Of a DNA stretch of 64,000 nt, positions 12,325 through 24,700 are shown one piece after another. The notes below the pieces were generated by a model that saw nothing but the letters and a program-made list of their open reading frames with translations, was not told where the DNA came from and did not search any database. A program made the position numbers and the translations under genes. How positions within the stretch are numbered: the first letter of the stretch is position 1; every line of letters begins with the position of its first letter. The stretch spans positions 384,001 to 448,000 of the forward strand of contig CM000208.1 in assembly GCA_000002445.1 (NCBI GenBank), in the 5' to 3' direction. The stretch comes from Trypanosoma brucei (lineage: Eukaryota).

Positions 12325-15300
12325 CTAGTGAGGAATCGGTTCTTGGTGTCGTGGTGGATATAAATTGTGGATATCACCTGGGGGATTGTCATCAATGTGA
12401 TCGCGCCACTTTTGCCACATCATTTCGATTGTGTCCTCAACAATAGTGCCAGTAAGTTGGTCCTTTGCGACAATTGTTTCCTTATCATTCAACATGTAGG
12501 CGTTAATTAGGTACAGTGCTTGAAGTGTGAAGGACATAACCAAATGAAGGTGGTCGGCAAGATCAGGAATGTCGCGGAATTTCCCTTGCAAGTACTCTAT
12601 TCGCTCCTCCCGCGAGGTGAGGTTAGCTTGGTAGTCCGATGGGAAAACGAGTACGTAGTGAAGAAGTAACCCACCGATGGTGGATGGAACATCCCCAAAC
12701 GGTAATATGGAGGCGAATTCAGCAAAATCTTGCAAACTGCAGCTGCTGTTTCCAGAAAGGAACACAGTGGAGGTGATAACCTCTACAAGCTCGCGAAGGC
12801 AGCGGCACATAGCACGAACCATTACAGTGAAGGCACATAAGTGTCGACTGTAGACAGGAGCCCATACAAAGGGCAAGTTCTCACTCGCACGGCGATACGG
12901 CAGCTTGACGAGACAAGCAATACGTGAGGCCAGTAACACACGCGAGTCACTATTGGTATCCTGGTCATCCATACTAATTTCTACCTGCTGATTGGCAGGA
13001 TTGATGTAGCGACAGGGATTGCTATTGATAATTCGAACGCGGACCAACTCCGTCAGGAGAACAAAAGATGCCTGAACGTCAAGTGGGTTTGCCTTGATGG
13101 TTGCCCTCAGGTATATGGGAAAGTACACAGATGGGTAGTCCTTTAATCCCTCATCCGCCATGAAATTGATGTCGCTTGCTTCACTTCTCTTCATGCTGCT
13201 GAGATCCTTTTCGTGGTAGGCGGCCGGGACGGAACCACCCCGGTCGTGGCCATCCATCCCGCAGCACTCCATTTCCATCCCATCCACCGCGTCGTTAGGA
13301 GCAGTGGAGTGCGAAAAGTAACCGAGGAAATCAAATGACTTAAGAAGAATAGCTAAAAAGGTCTCCCTCTTGCTGTTGTAGCGGATGGGCACCCGACCTG
13401 CAGGACGGTTGCTCTCTTCCACCGCTGGTCTCGATGCATCAGCTGTGACACTAAGCACTGAGGCAATGCTATAATCTGCTAAACAGTCTTCGTCCAATTT
13501 CTTCAGCTGATCACTATCTGAGATTTCCCACTCGTCTAAGTCGATGAGGTCGCGGGGTCGATCCATCGGAGCCAATATCGGTTGAAACCATCGAACCCAC
13601 GAAAGGCACTCGGTCCGTTTGATTGGGGGCGGGTGCGCAATCCTCTTCAGTATCTGTCCAATGACTTGACTGCGCATCGTCATGAGGAGCCCTAATGTGG
13701 TGTGATAGTCCTTAGTGTCTGAAACGGGGCATTCATCACGGAGGTACGACTGTGTTATAGCCGTCATTATACGCACAGACAGCAGTCCAGAGAACTGCAT
13801 GTAAAATAGTGACAGCGGCACAAGATGACCCAACACCCCGGCGAGATTTGTAGGCATGTCGGCGTTCGTCAAGTCAGGATCGAGTACGCGAACTAAGTAT
13901 ACCAACGGTGTGTCCCGTGATTTCGTGGAGAATACCGCACTGTAACGAAGGTATCCACGCCCTTTGGAATGCTTAATGGAGAGACCGGCCTTCTTGCCCG
14001 TTTCCTGTGAGCATGCATGGGCATTGATAAAGTCCTTAATGGAGCGAAATTTCGGTGTGGGCGTGGATAGTTCCTCATAAACCTCCTGCATTGAAAGATT
14101 AAGGGTCACGCGCGCGGACGACAGTGCAGCGTGCGTTGCCGTAATGAGGCCAAGGTCCATCAACCTATCCCCCGCAACTCTAGTATTCGTTTCGGTGACG
14201 TGATTCGGGAAGAGTGCACGAAGAACCCTATCCCTGTCTAGATAATTTACGCTGCTATTAGACACGTCAATCTGCACAATGACTTTCATTTCGTCATACG
14301 GAAGCAACAACATCTCTGGCGGCCCCATTAATAAATCCGCAATTCCCTCCTTGTGGAATGCAACCATCTGCGCCCAGTTGAGGAACGGGGCCGTAACCGC
14401 CATTACGCCCAGTTCCTCCTTCAAGTAGCGTGCAACCGCCATTTGCACGTCCTCGCCTAGGGGCTGATCAAACGCTTCTTGAATTTCCACTTCATCCGGT
14501 ATTTCACCATCCTCCAGCTTACTCCAGACGGCGTCGCGAGCACGCAGCTCCGCCTCAGTCGTTAGAAATGTCTCCACATCACCACTCACGCTAAGACCGT
14601 TGAAGACCCAAATGGGTTCCAGTTTCATGTTTCGCATCCACTCCACGTGCTGCTGCACTAACATGAGTAATTCCTCGGGGAGTGTAGAGTGAAGAAACCA
14701 CAAGGAGTCTCTCTTCCTGAGCTCATCACGAAGACTCGTAAGGCAGAAGTTACCGTCCACAGCCACTTTCAGCGCGGGGTCGTCCTTTCCATATCCCTCT
14801 GGAAAGAACTTTGAGATATTGTCCACCGACACAAGGCCCCGATCATGTAGAAAATCGTAAAGCGCCTCCGTGGAGCCGCTCATATTCGCATCGTCCCCCG
14901 GAAATGTGTCACCCATGCTTGGGGTCGTAGGGATCATAGCGTGCGGACTGGGCGACACGCCTGGTAGAGGCATAAAGTTGCCCACTTGGGGGGGTAAACC
15001 TTGGCCCATCATGGGCGACTGATTCATGCGGTTGGGAGGCATCATCCCAGGATCAGGTGTACCTATGCGCGGTGGACGTGATGCGTTTGATGCAGGCATT
15101 TGGGGACCCATCCCCCTTGCCCGCATTTCCAAGTAACCAGCATTGCCACCACCACCACCGCCACCACCAATACCAGCCGGGGGCCTCGACGCGTTCATCG
15201 GACCTCCAGGGCCAACACCTGCACCAGGCAAAACGCCACCGTACGGCGGGCCCGCCGGCATCGGTGGTGGCGGTGGTGGTCCCACAGGTGCACCCGCACC

Positions 15301-15987
15301 GTAACCTACCTGCGCTGGAGGGCTTACGCGCGTATCCGGGTACCCGTCATGACGCATCATTGGTGCACCGTACATTCCGCTGGGTTGCATATGTTCCATG
15401 AGAGGTTGTCCTCCACGACCAAATCCCATTGGCGTGTGCGCCCCTTGATGGGGAAGTGCACCGTACCCACCGGGAAGGGGTGCACCGGCAGGAAGCCCGT
15501 TGTGCATCGCTGGGTTACGCCCGTAAGGAATATTTGCTCCACCTCCCATATGGGAAGGGGAGGAAGGATACTGGCCACCGTGCACATCTCGGTACATTCC
15601 ACCCATATCTCCGTAACCACCACCGGTGCCCGGGCTCATTTGATTGTAGCCCTGATTATACATGGGCGTCTGCTGCGGAGGACTATTCCACGGACTGCCA
15701 GAGACACCCTGCCCAAAACTATGTGGTGGCATTTGCGGCTGACGGATGTTGTCGTAAGCATTACCGTAAACGCCATTGTGATGGGGGTGATGATGGTGAT
15801 GTTGGTGCGGATGCTGGTGAGGATGTTGGTGCTGGTGCTGATGTTGATGCTGATGCTGATGATGGTGCTGATGCTGATGATGGTGCGGATACATCATAGA
15901 GGGGCCTGGGGGTGACATTTGTGGCCCCTGCTGTCCCAGGTTTCGGCCCTGTCGTTCATTATTGCGATTTGCTCCAGCTTTCCTCAT
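12325..15987 (-). CDS. MKT1L: MKT1-like protein. It has an XPG-N/PIN-like domain and a roughly 370-aa low-complexity N-terminal extension rich in His/Gln and Pro/Gly.
   Basis: XPG-N-like motifs ...ALKVAVDGNFCL... and ...EPIWVFNGLS... follow a poly-H/Q tract (HHHQHQHHHQHQHQHQHQHQHPHQHPHQHHHHH) and a P/G/M-rich region. The track's ORF starts at a GTG at 16011, and the first ATG is at 15987-15985. Position in front of MetRS and NOT1 matches the T. brucei MKT1L locus as recalled. Confidence 0.75.
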   Translation of the reverse strand: MRKAGANRNNERQGRNLGQQGPQMSPPGPSMMYPHHHQHQHHHQHQHQHQHQHQHPHQHPHQHHHHHPHHNGVYGNAYDNIRQPQMPPHSFGQGVSGSPWNSPPQQTPMYNQGYNQMSPGTGGGYGDMGGMYRDVHGGQYPSSPSHMGGGANIPYGRNPAMHNGLPAGAPLPGGYGALPHQGAHTPMGFGRGGQPLMEHMQPSGMYGAPMMRHDGYPDTRVSPPAQVGYGAGAPVGPPPPPPMPAGPPYGGVLPGAGVGPGGPMNASRPPAGIGGGGGGGGNAGYLEMRARGMGPQMPASNASRPPRIGTPDPGMMPPNRMNQSPMMGQGLPPQVGNFMPLPGVSPSPHAMIPTTPSMGDTFPGDDANMSGSTEALYDFLHDRGLVSVDNISKFFPEGYGKDDPALKVAVDGNFCLTSLRDELRKRDSLWFLHSTLPEELLMLVQQHVEWMRNMKLEPIWVFNGLSVSGDVETFLTTEAELRARDAVWSKLEDGEIPDEVEIQEAFDQPLGEDVQMAVARYLKEELGVMAVTAPFLNWAQMVAFHKEGIADLLMGPPEMLLLPYDEMKVIVQIDVSNSSVNYLDRDRVLRALFPNHVTETNTRVAGDRLMDLGLITATHAALSSARVTLNLSMQEVYEELSTPTPKFRSIKDFINAHACSQETGKKAGLSIKHSKGRGYLRYSAVFSTKSRDTPLVYLVRVLDPDLTNADMPTNLAGVLGHLVPLSLFYMQFSGLLSVRIMTAITQSYLRDECPVSDTKDYHTTLGLLMTMRSQVIGQILKRIAHPPPIKRTECLSWVRWFQPILAPMDRPRDLIDLDEWEISDSDQLKKLDEDCLADYSIASVLSVTADASRPAVEESNRPAGRVPIRYNSKRETFLAILLKSFDFLGYFSHSTAPNDAVDGMEMECCGMDGHDRGGSVPAAYHEKDLSSMKRSEASDINFMADEGLKDYPSVYFPIYLRATIKANPLDVQASFVLLTELVRVRIINSNPCRYINPANQQVEISMDDQDTNSDSRVLLASRIACLVKLPYRRASENLPFVWAPVYSRHLCAFTVMVRAMCRCLRELVEVITSTVFLSGNSSCSLQDFAEFASILPFGDVPSTIGGLLLHYVLVFPSDYQANLTSREERIEYLQGKFRDIPDLADHLHLVMSFTLQALYLINAYMLNDKETIVAKDQLTGTIVEDTIEMMWQKWRDHIDDNPPGDIHNLYPPRHQEPIPH
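15783..15890 (-). repeat. Coding CAY/CAR codon repeat (poly-His/Gln tract) inside MKT1L
   Basis: The + strand reads gtgatgatggtgatgttggtgcggatgctggtg..., the reverse complement of CAC/CAT/CAG/CAA runs. It gives rise to a spurious antisense ORF at 15100..15915. Confidence 0.85.
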
Positions 15988-17054
15988 TTGTGCTTCCCCC
16001 GTCTGTTCCACCTAACTAACACACGCACGCCCAGACAACAACTACGACTAACAACACCTCCAAAGAAAAAATTGCTATTTTTTTTCTTTAAAAAAAAAAA
16101 GCGACGGCAACAACTACAACTACAAATATATAACAGCTGCTTTCAAGGAAAGGTGCAACGTTAACACACTTTCCCCCTTTACTATTGCTTTATATACAAA
16201 AGTTAACAACACAGGAGGAAATGCAGGAGAGAGAAGGGAGATTATTAAGGGAGGTAAGGGAAAAGAAAATGCAGGACCTGTGATACACAGACAAGCTTGA
16301 TCCAGGCCTCCCCGGGAACTGGGGTGCCCAGACACAGGCGTAGAAAATAAAAGAAGGAAAAAATAAAGAAATGGAAGTAACGGGAAAGCCCCCACAGAAA
16401 CGCTAAAGATGATTCCCCTTCAGATTAACCTCAGATACCCACTGGGAAGTTACGAAGTGTGGTAATACAACAGCTTCTCAAGAAATGAGTGAACAAACAA
16501 ATAAAGTAAAGGAATACCCGCCCAGGTGCACATATATCAACTCTCCCCAACGCTACTCTCTCTCCAGCACCCCCTTTCGCGTTTTGTTTAAGCAGCCCAC
16601 TGCGTTACCGGCGTTTGTCAATTTAAATACTACCAATTATTATTCTTGCACCTGCTCATATGTCCCTCACCTGCACGATGTTACCATCGGGGCGCAGCGG
16701 CCATTTCACGGACAGCTCTGAGTCATTTTCGAAAAAAAAGGGCGAAAACTACAAAACTACAACAACACAATTGTGAATCATAAAAGAAGGAAAAGTGATG
16801 ATTTTAGGAGAACTCGAAGCCAAACGGAACCGAGGCGATCAATCAAAAACACACACAAAAAGAAAAGCATACGGGGTTTCCCCCAGGAAAATTTTTAAAG
16901 TTTCACTGAGACGTGGGGAGAAAAAAATAGGTTGAACAGCGAATAGCGTGCGCTGGAGCACGAATGAGGCGGCTGTGACGGAAGATGATGAAGAGAAAAT
17001 AAGTAAGAGGAAATGAGAACCGCTATTGGCTAGCTAAAGAAATCATTCGTACAC

Positions 17055-19376
17055 TTATGTACTCTTTGTATTCTCTGTTGAGCGCTTGCTGAACAGCACC
17101 TCGCCCTCCACTGCGGGGCCGAGACGCGTTCCAGGAGGAACGGCACCAAACTCAAAGTTCTCAATACCTTTACGATGTACCTCGGGGACGCCCAACATGT
17201 CAAAAATAACAACGGACTTCCGCGGAAGAATTGGGGAAAGGAGCAGCGTCGTCACGCGTACACCCTCCAGGGTAATGTACAGCACCGTGCGGAGCCGTTC
17301 CGGGTCTGTTTTGACGAGTTTCCATGGCGCCATGTCGGTGACGTAAGCGTTGATGGCACGTAGCACGTCGAAAACGGCAATGATAGCTTTCTGTATGTCG
17401 GGAATCAGGTAGTAGTGATCCGCCGTTCCAGGCAAATCCTTAATGAGTTGTATGAGGGACTCGTCCTCCTCGGTGTAAGCCGCAGGACTGGGCCACTCGC
17501 CGTTAACATTTATCTTCGCAGAAGTGCACCGCATGACAAGATTGCCGAGCGTATCAGCAAGCTCACCATTAAGGCGGGCAATCATGTTCTTGTCACTGTA
17601 GTCACCATCATCGGAGAAGCCCGACTCCCGAAGCAGGAAGTACTTAAGCGCATCGTAACCAAACTCCTCTGCCTTCTCCACCGGATCGAAAACGTTCCCG
17701 AGGGATTTGCTGATCTTCTTGCGATCCTTTGTCCACCACCCATGTGCGACAATCTTCTTGGGTAGTGGAAGGCCAGCAGAGAGCAGGAACGCAGGCCAGT
17801 AAATTGCGTGGAACTTCAAAATGTCTTTCCCAATAACGTGAACATCAGCAGGGAAGCGCTCGAGCTCGCTAAAGTCATCCGCTAGGCTCACCTCCTTCCC
17901 GGATTCATCTACTCGAAGACGTGAACCAGTTAAATAATTCGTCAGAGCGTCGAGCCAGACATAAACGCAGTGGTCTGGGTTGCCTGGAACGGGTATCGCC
18001 CAGTTGTGCAGTGTTTCCTTCTTGCGGGAGACACTCAGGTCAGGCAAGCCCTTCTCCACCGCGCGAATTACCTCCCTTCTGCGAAACTCTGGCACTATGC
18101 AACCGGGGTTGGCATGGTACCATTCCAAAAGCCTCTCGCGGAACGCGCTCAGGCGGAACATATAATTTTCTTCTGAGACCCACGTTACGACGTGCCCACT
18201 TTCGAGGCTCACTTTGCATGGATTGCCATCCTTGTCAACTCCGTCCGTGATGTTCTGTGGCGTAAGGAAGGACTCATCACTGATTGAATACCAACCTTCA
18301 TAACGGCCGAGATAGATGTCACCTTTCTGCTCCAACTTCGTCCATAGCTCCTTAACCACCGCCTTGTGTTGCTCATTGGTGGTGCGAATGAAGTAGTCGA
18401 TGCTGTAATCCATCTGTTCAAAACACTTCTTGAACTCGCCAGCCACAGCAGCCGTAAAATCATACGGAGAAACCTGTTTCTGCTTGGCAGCTTCGGCTAC
18501 CTTCTGCCCGTGTTCATCGGTGCCAGTCAATGCAAACACCCGCTCTCCCTTCACGCGGTGGTACCTCCCAATGACGTCGGTAATCAAAGTGCTGTACACG
18601 TGACCAATGTGTGGTGCTGCATTCACGTAGTAAATGGGTGATGTGACAAAGAATACTTTCTCCACCTTAGCCGACACCTTGTACACACGTGGGCACCGCA
18701 AGAAGTCGGCAGCTTCCTGCACAGAGAGGTTCTCGAAGGCGTTATCAATCAACGTCTTCTGTTCCTTTTGAAATGTATTGAACCACTTCACAAGATGCGG
18801 TAGCTGTTGCTTCTCCGAGTCCCGCAGCACACCGCTCTCGCAGAGAGCAGGAAGGACAGCACACCATACAATACAGTCAATGAAAAAAGTGCTGACGGCA
18901 TCGGTGGGATCCGCAGCCCCTTTACCTTCAACAGCTGGAGAGTAAACACAGCGGTCATCATTTTCACTAATCTTTTTGTCGAGATATGAAAACACAGCCA
19001 GAGACTCCGCCGTTTGCCGTCGTTGCGTGTAGAGCGGGTGCACAGCACGGGTAAAAGTCGTTGCCTCCCACTCCAACCACGTCTCGTGCTCCAATGTCAG
19101 GTTTGTCAAACCGGCAACGGGAGAGGCGGTACCGTCACCATTAGATGAATCTGCTGCCCCTCCATTATTACTAGTGGGTTCAACGCTGTAAAATAAAATG
19201 ACGCGGGCCATTTCGTTAGGTGCAATGATGGGCTGCTTGAAGGCTGGATGGTGCAAAATAGGAGTTGCATATGCTCCCGATAGCGACACCTCTACGGGTC
19301 GTTTAACGTAATAAGAGCACAGCAACACCTTGAGGGCTTGTGAGTTGGCCTTTTCTGAAAGCAGCTTTAGAGCCAT
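17055..19376 (-). CDS. MetRS: Methionyl-tRNA synthetase
   Basis: Class I motifs HIGH ([13 protein letters not shown]) and KMSKS (KISKSLGN) are present. The 773-aa product has an N-terminal extension of about 230 aa. The ATG at 19376-19374 was checked. Confidence 0.93.
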   Translation of the reverse strand: MALKLLSEKANSQALKVLLCSYYVKRPVEVSLSGAYATPILHHPAFKQPIIAPNEMARVILFYSVEPTSNNGGAADSSNGDGTASPVAGLTNLTLEHETWLEWEATTFTRAVHPLYTQRRQTAESLAVFSYLDKKISENDDRCVYSPAVEGKGAADPTDAVSTFFIDCIVWCAVLPALCESGVLRDSEKQQLPHLVKWFNTFQKEQKTLIDNAFENLSVQEAADFLRCPRVYKVSAKVEKVFFVTSPIYYVNAAPHIGHVYSTLITDVIGRYHRVKGERVFALTGTDEHGQKVAEAAKQKQVSPYDFTAAVAGEFKKCFEQMDYSIDYFIRTTNEQHKAVVKELWTKLEQKGDIYLGRYEGWYSISDESFLTPQNITDGVDKDGNPCKVSLESGHVVTWVSEENYMFRLSAFRERLLEWYHANPGCIVPEFRRREVIRAVEKGLPDLSVSRKKETLHNWAIPVPGNPDHCVYVWLDALTNYLTGSRLRVDESGKEVSLADDFSELERFPADVHVIGKDILKFHAIYWPAFLLSAGLPLPKKIVAHGWWTKDRKKISKSLGNVFDPVEKAEEFGYDALKYFLLRESGFSDDGDYSDKNMIARLNGELADTLGNLVMRCTSAKINVNGEWPSPAAYTEEDESLIQLIKDLPGTADHYYLIPDIQKAIIAVFDVLRAINAYVTDMAPWKLVKTDPERLRTVLYITLEGVRVTTLLLSPILPRKSVVIFDMLGVPEVHRKGIENFEFGAVPPGTRLGPAVEGEVLFSKRSTENTKST

Positions 19377-20348
19377 CCCGTGAAATGCAGAGCCTGATTG
19401 GTGCTTCAGACGACAACCTATCTTTGGGCTTATTTTATCTTTCTTTCTCTTCTTTTTAAAGGGTTGTTCCTGTTTTGTTCGCCTTCCTTATTGTAAACGA
19501 AGTGATAGATAGGTACTCCTAAGCTCACTTTGTTATTCTTTCCTTTTAGAATATGTTTTTTTTGTGTGTGTGGTTTCACTGTTGTTTATGTTTCTAGCGT
19601 TACTTATCGTTCCCCCTTCCCTTTGAAGTTGTCAGTGGCGGTGCTTTGGCTCAACTGATAGCGTCTTTTTTTTTTTTTTTAAAGGCTACTGCTGTCAGAT
19701 CTCCTTTCAGCAGTTATTCCTCCCTTTATTCCTTGTTGTCCTTTTTTGTAAATGTATATCTCGCCTACTGTCTTGATCGTCACGAACTATACGCCTTACT
19801 GATTTCCTCCTTCAGTGCCTATTTATTTGTTTGAAAAATCCCTTGCGTCACAGTGGACATCACCGCAACATGACGAAATAGTGAGACACAAAAAAATAGA
19901 GAGAAAAAGTAAAGAGTTAAAGGGAGGAAATATGCATGTGTATTGTTTTACTTGTTTTTGCACTATCTTAACAGGTAAAGTTAGCATTACTACGACGCAT
20001 CCGTACAGCATGCGCGTTACATCACATGTCCATCCAATTTACTTCGCTACTTTTGCCTTGTCGCAGCTGCTGATGAAATTTTCCTGTCCGCTGAAAGCAT
20101 ATGTATGGTTTGTAAAGAAGATGTAGAAAGAAAGAAAGGAAAAGAAAAAAGGAAGGTGAGATATTAGTAAACAAATACGCACAAATACAAACATATATGC
20201 GCATATAAATAAATAAATACATATATACAGGAGGGAAAGTAGTTATCTCGCATTGATTGATTGATTGATTGATCGACTTATTTATTTTGTTTGCTTGATT
20301 AGGTCTGACGCACGTACTCTCTTTCTCTCTCTCTCTGATGCACGCTCT

Positions 20349-20360
20349 GGGGGGGGGGGG
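20349..20360. repeat. G12 homopolymer, one of several G or C runs of 11-13 nt in intergenic DNA
   Basis: Direct reading. Similar runs are at 7916-7927 (G12), 8635-8647 (G13), 46774-46785 (C12), 54113-54123 (C11) and 60152-60162 (C11). Confidence 0.9.
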
Positions 20361-21759
20361 AAACAAAAACAATAATATAAAAGAGGCATGCAGCGAAACG
20401 ACGCTTTCAGTCAGACATTCATTCACTTAAAAAAAGAAAAGGAGGAAAGGGATAAATGGATGGATGGATGAGAAGGAGAAGGAGAAGGGAAAAAAGCAAA
20501 GTAAAGTAAAGGAGATAAAGGGGAAAAGAAAAAAAAGAATTGAATGAATTGAAGTGACGGAAATGAACTAAAGGTGTGAAGAAATTTTTATTTTTTATTT
20601 TAAAAAAGATGAGTAGAAGGGGGAAACAGAGGAATAAAAAATTTTTTAAGAAACAAGGAAGGGGATTAATTAATTACTTTTTTTTTTCTTTCATACCTTT
20701 TTCACCTTCATCTTCACCCTTCTTTTTTTTTCCTTTTCCCCACCACCACCACCACCACCACTCCCTTCATAATTTATTCTTCACCAACAGCACTCACAAT
20801 TTGCGCAACGAAACACATCTCGTTGGGAGGAACAATACACAAGTACAAGCACACACAAATACAAGGAAATATGAATACCGGTAATAATCATAAAATTAGA
20901 ATGAAAGTGAAAATTAAAAAAAAACACCAGAATGAAACCCGTAATTATCACAAGCGATGATGACCGCTTTTTTTTTTTCCTTCTCCTATTTCTTTATTTA
21001 CTTTTTGTTTGATCATAAGGCAAGGGCTAAACAACTTATTCCCACCAATGTTATTCGCATCATCGCCTCACCGTCCTTCTGTTTTAGCATTTATTTACTG
21101 TCATTTGCATTTCCATCTCTCTCATTTTATTTTTCCTTTTCTCCCTTCCATCTGCACCCTTCTCGTATTATTTTTCTTTTTTGTTTCCTCCCCTCCCCTC
21201 CCTTTAATACATAAAATTGCTGCATACCTTCTTTTCTCAAAAAAACAAAAACAAACAACAATTTTCGCTGCTGTTATTCATATCCTCACTTATTAATATT
21301 ACTGTTGCCGTTACTGATATCACCCATCCTCTCCTCGTTTTACTCTTTCTTTCTTTTTCAAGCTTCTGTAGTTACTCGTTTTGGTATTCACTATTTTCAG
21401 AAAAAGGAAACAAAAAAAAAACTAACCATCACATCACATCACATTCCCCACCTTCTCGCATAAATAATTAATAAAAATGGAAAGAAGAATGGAAAAGAAA
21501 AAAATTGAGACAAACAGATACGGTGAAGGGGAGTGGTTGACCGCACAAACATAAACGCACACACAAACACACACGTAACAACACACAAAAATTACATATG
21601 AAAGGGCGAATGAGGGTCTTAATTTTATTTTTAAAAAAAATTAATATTAAAAAACGCTGAAAGGTGAAAAATACCAGCAACAACAAGGCAAACTAAAGAA
21701 AAAAGAAGCGTAAAGAAAAAAAAATGAAGTGAAGTGAAAACAATTCAAACCTGTGTTAC

Positions 21760-24700
21760 CTACTTCTTGCCTTGAGTTGCGGAGGTGGAAGCAGATCCGG
21801 TCGATTGCTGCACCTGTTGCTGGGCGTTTCGGGACTCCACTGAGCGTCGCAGTTTTGTGAACATACTCTCTAAGAAAGATGTACTGCATATAAAACTCTT
21901 CTCCCAGAAACCATACTCTGGGGCCCTCATGAGCTCCATGAATGTACTGAGTACTCCCCACGGATGCGGTTGAATGATGAGTGTTTTTTCCACCGCCACA
22001 CGAGTGATTTGCTCTTGGATGCACTGCTGAACCACGGCGTTGCGAATGGATCGGTGGGGAAGGAAGAGGTTGGATATAACCTTCACGAAGAAGTTCGTTT
22101 GACAGTTCGGGTAACGCAGATGGTTAGCGCAGGAACAGATAAAGTAATAGCGGTGTTCGTGGTCCAATGAGCCCGCAAGGTGGCGGTAGAAACGCATAGC
22201 GTTGGATTCAGGAAAGTTGGGCTTCACAGCATGATCGTTTACCTGCAAGTACACAATGCAAACGTGCAGTACGATGGCATTCATCAGCCGCCAGTTGTGC
22301 AACGACTGCAACTTCTCCACAATACTTTGCATGTAAGACTCGGACATTGGTCGGTCATCCTGCAATTTCTCGGACAAAGCGTTTCCATCGAAGTGGTGCT
22401 GTTTGAAACTCTCCTCAATACACTTTACTTGATTGTCGGTCGCAGGGTGCTTCCGCATCTCCGAGCCATCGTCTGGCACACGCGCAAAGAACTCCGGTAA
22501 CTTCACACCCGACGGGAAGGAGCACAAAACAGTGTTTAGCAACTGCACACAGTACGGTGGGATGGCGTCACACAACTGGTAGTGATACGTAATAAGAAAG
22601 CGTGAGTAGTCGTGTGTGAGTACCAACATCAGCTTGAAGAACGCCTTGTAGAACACGAGTACGTTTTTGGAAATATTTCCTTCACGCGTGAAGCGCTCAA
22701 TAAACTCGAGCCCCTGAACTAACAGCGCAACATAGGAGGGCCAGGGCACAGGCGAACGTAGACAGCGGTTGAGGAATATACGGTGACTCACAAGCTCCAG
22801 CCATCCAAAAGTGAACGCAGGATATTTGAGTGGCGGGAGGTTATGAAGAGTATCAGCAAAAGCACTTGTGATTTGCTCCATCGTCTCACGCTTTGGCGAA
22901 TCCGCACGCACGAGCGTGGTAAAGAGATTACTGAAGAAGCGCACGTAGGGTTGTTGTTGGAACATCGGTGCGTAGGCGGTGCCAGCGGGAAGCTCAGACT
23001 TTGCATTTCCAAGGTGATTGGGGTTCTGAGCCTGTTGTAAACGTACAACGACCGCCTGATGATTATCTATGAGCGCCCATTGGAACGCATCCAGAACCCG
23101 CCTGAGTAACGTAAGAAGTGTCCGCGACTCGTTCTTCAACGAGCAGTAATATAACAACACTGTCACTAGGTCAGACAAGGCATCCACATGTGTGAAAAGC
23201 CCGTCATCGTACTGGTAACGATGGGGTGGAGCGTTGCCTGGCTTCCATTCAGCGGTCAAAGCACGGCCGAGTACCGCCGGGTTGGAGCGCTCCAACTCCA
23301 ACGACTTGGTGGCGTAGTGTTCAACACAGAAGCGTAGTGACGTAGTGAGGAACGTCCTAAGTTGCGGGCCGTCAAGCTGCTTGTTGTCTCGTAACTTCAT
23401 CATGTACTCATACTGTGGTGGTGGTTTGTTACCCGGTAACGCCGCTGATGTTGTAGACGTAGGAGCAGCGGTGGCAGAAGCGGGGGACGATGTAGTCGGT
23501 GCTGTTGCGCCCTCCTGTGACGGAGCATTGGTCGCGGCACCACTGGCCTGGTTAGACTCGCTGGACGAGCTGTGCATTCTCCGTGCGTTAACAATCAACC
23601 ACTCTTCAAACAATCCTCGAATTTTCTCTGCATCTTCTTGATTTTGGGGTGCAAGCGTAGGCACAACAAGCCGCCGTACATGCTGCTCTACCAAGTTGGA
23701 GAGCGCAGGGGAAGCTCGCATGGCGTTGGTTGGTGCTGCGCCTCCCGGCGCCATCTGAGCCCCACCCATTGCTCCCGAATCCTGTCCACTCGCAGGAAGT
23801 TGCTGGGACTGTGGCTGGTGCCGCTGCTGCTTGGGCTGATTCTGCTGCTGGCGGGGCGTTTGGTTGTCCTGTTTACTGGCAATGCTCTCTAGCTGGGACA
23901 CTGTGTCCCTCAATTCCTTTGCACTAAGGAGCTTCTCATTCACGATTACCCTGGATAATGTTGCGCCAGCGAAGTCTACTACACCTTGCCGCCCCATCCC
24001 CTCAGCCAACAGTGCCTTAGAGAGCGCCGCGTCGAATCTGGAGACGTTGAGCACCTTAATACGCAAGAGATTAACCGCAAGGTCCGTGTAGCTCCAGCGC
24101 TGCTCCGCCTGCAAATACAACTGCGTCAATTCTTCGCGAATAATATCTCCCCCGCGCTCATAACACGTTTGCAATACAAAGAGGTAGACCTCGTTGAGCA
24201 GGTTGCAGACATTTCTGTGACGAGCAGTAGTGAGGTCATTGCTTGCGGCTGTCCCACTATCGGCACGCTTCATCGCACCTGCAAGCACAAACAACTTGCG
24301 AAGCATTGGGCCGACGCAGTAGATGGCTGTTTCGGCATTGATGATGTTTGAAATACCGATTACCCGAGTGCGGATAACATCGTGGCTTTCGCCAAAGTGT
24401 CCGTTCGCAAACTCGGGGCTTGTCAGCGATAGCACCTTAGCGTCGCCCGTAGAGTAGTGTTGGACTGTGGCGTCCTCCAACGTACGCACATACGCAGTAA
24501 GCAGCCCAACAACGGGCACACTGTTGTTGAATTCCTCATAGACTGCCCGCTGCAGCGGTGGCAAATTGTGAGGCGGTCGCAACACCTCACCCATATGCAT
24601 CAACAGATCCCGCACATCGTGATACTCCTTTGGGGCTCGTGGGGGTTCACGGGCGGTAATTTGATCAATCTTTTCCTTGATAATCTTGTCTAACTTCTCA

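Noticed and set aside
15100-15915. A 271-aa plus-strand ORF, and a nested 156-aa one, antisense to MKT1L
   Set aside because: It is an artefact of the CAY/CAR codon repeat and the GC-rich P/G-rich coding region on the opposite strand. Its composition is M/V/H/R-rich nonsense and it runs against the orientation of the transcription unit.
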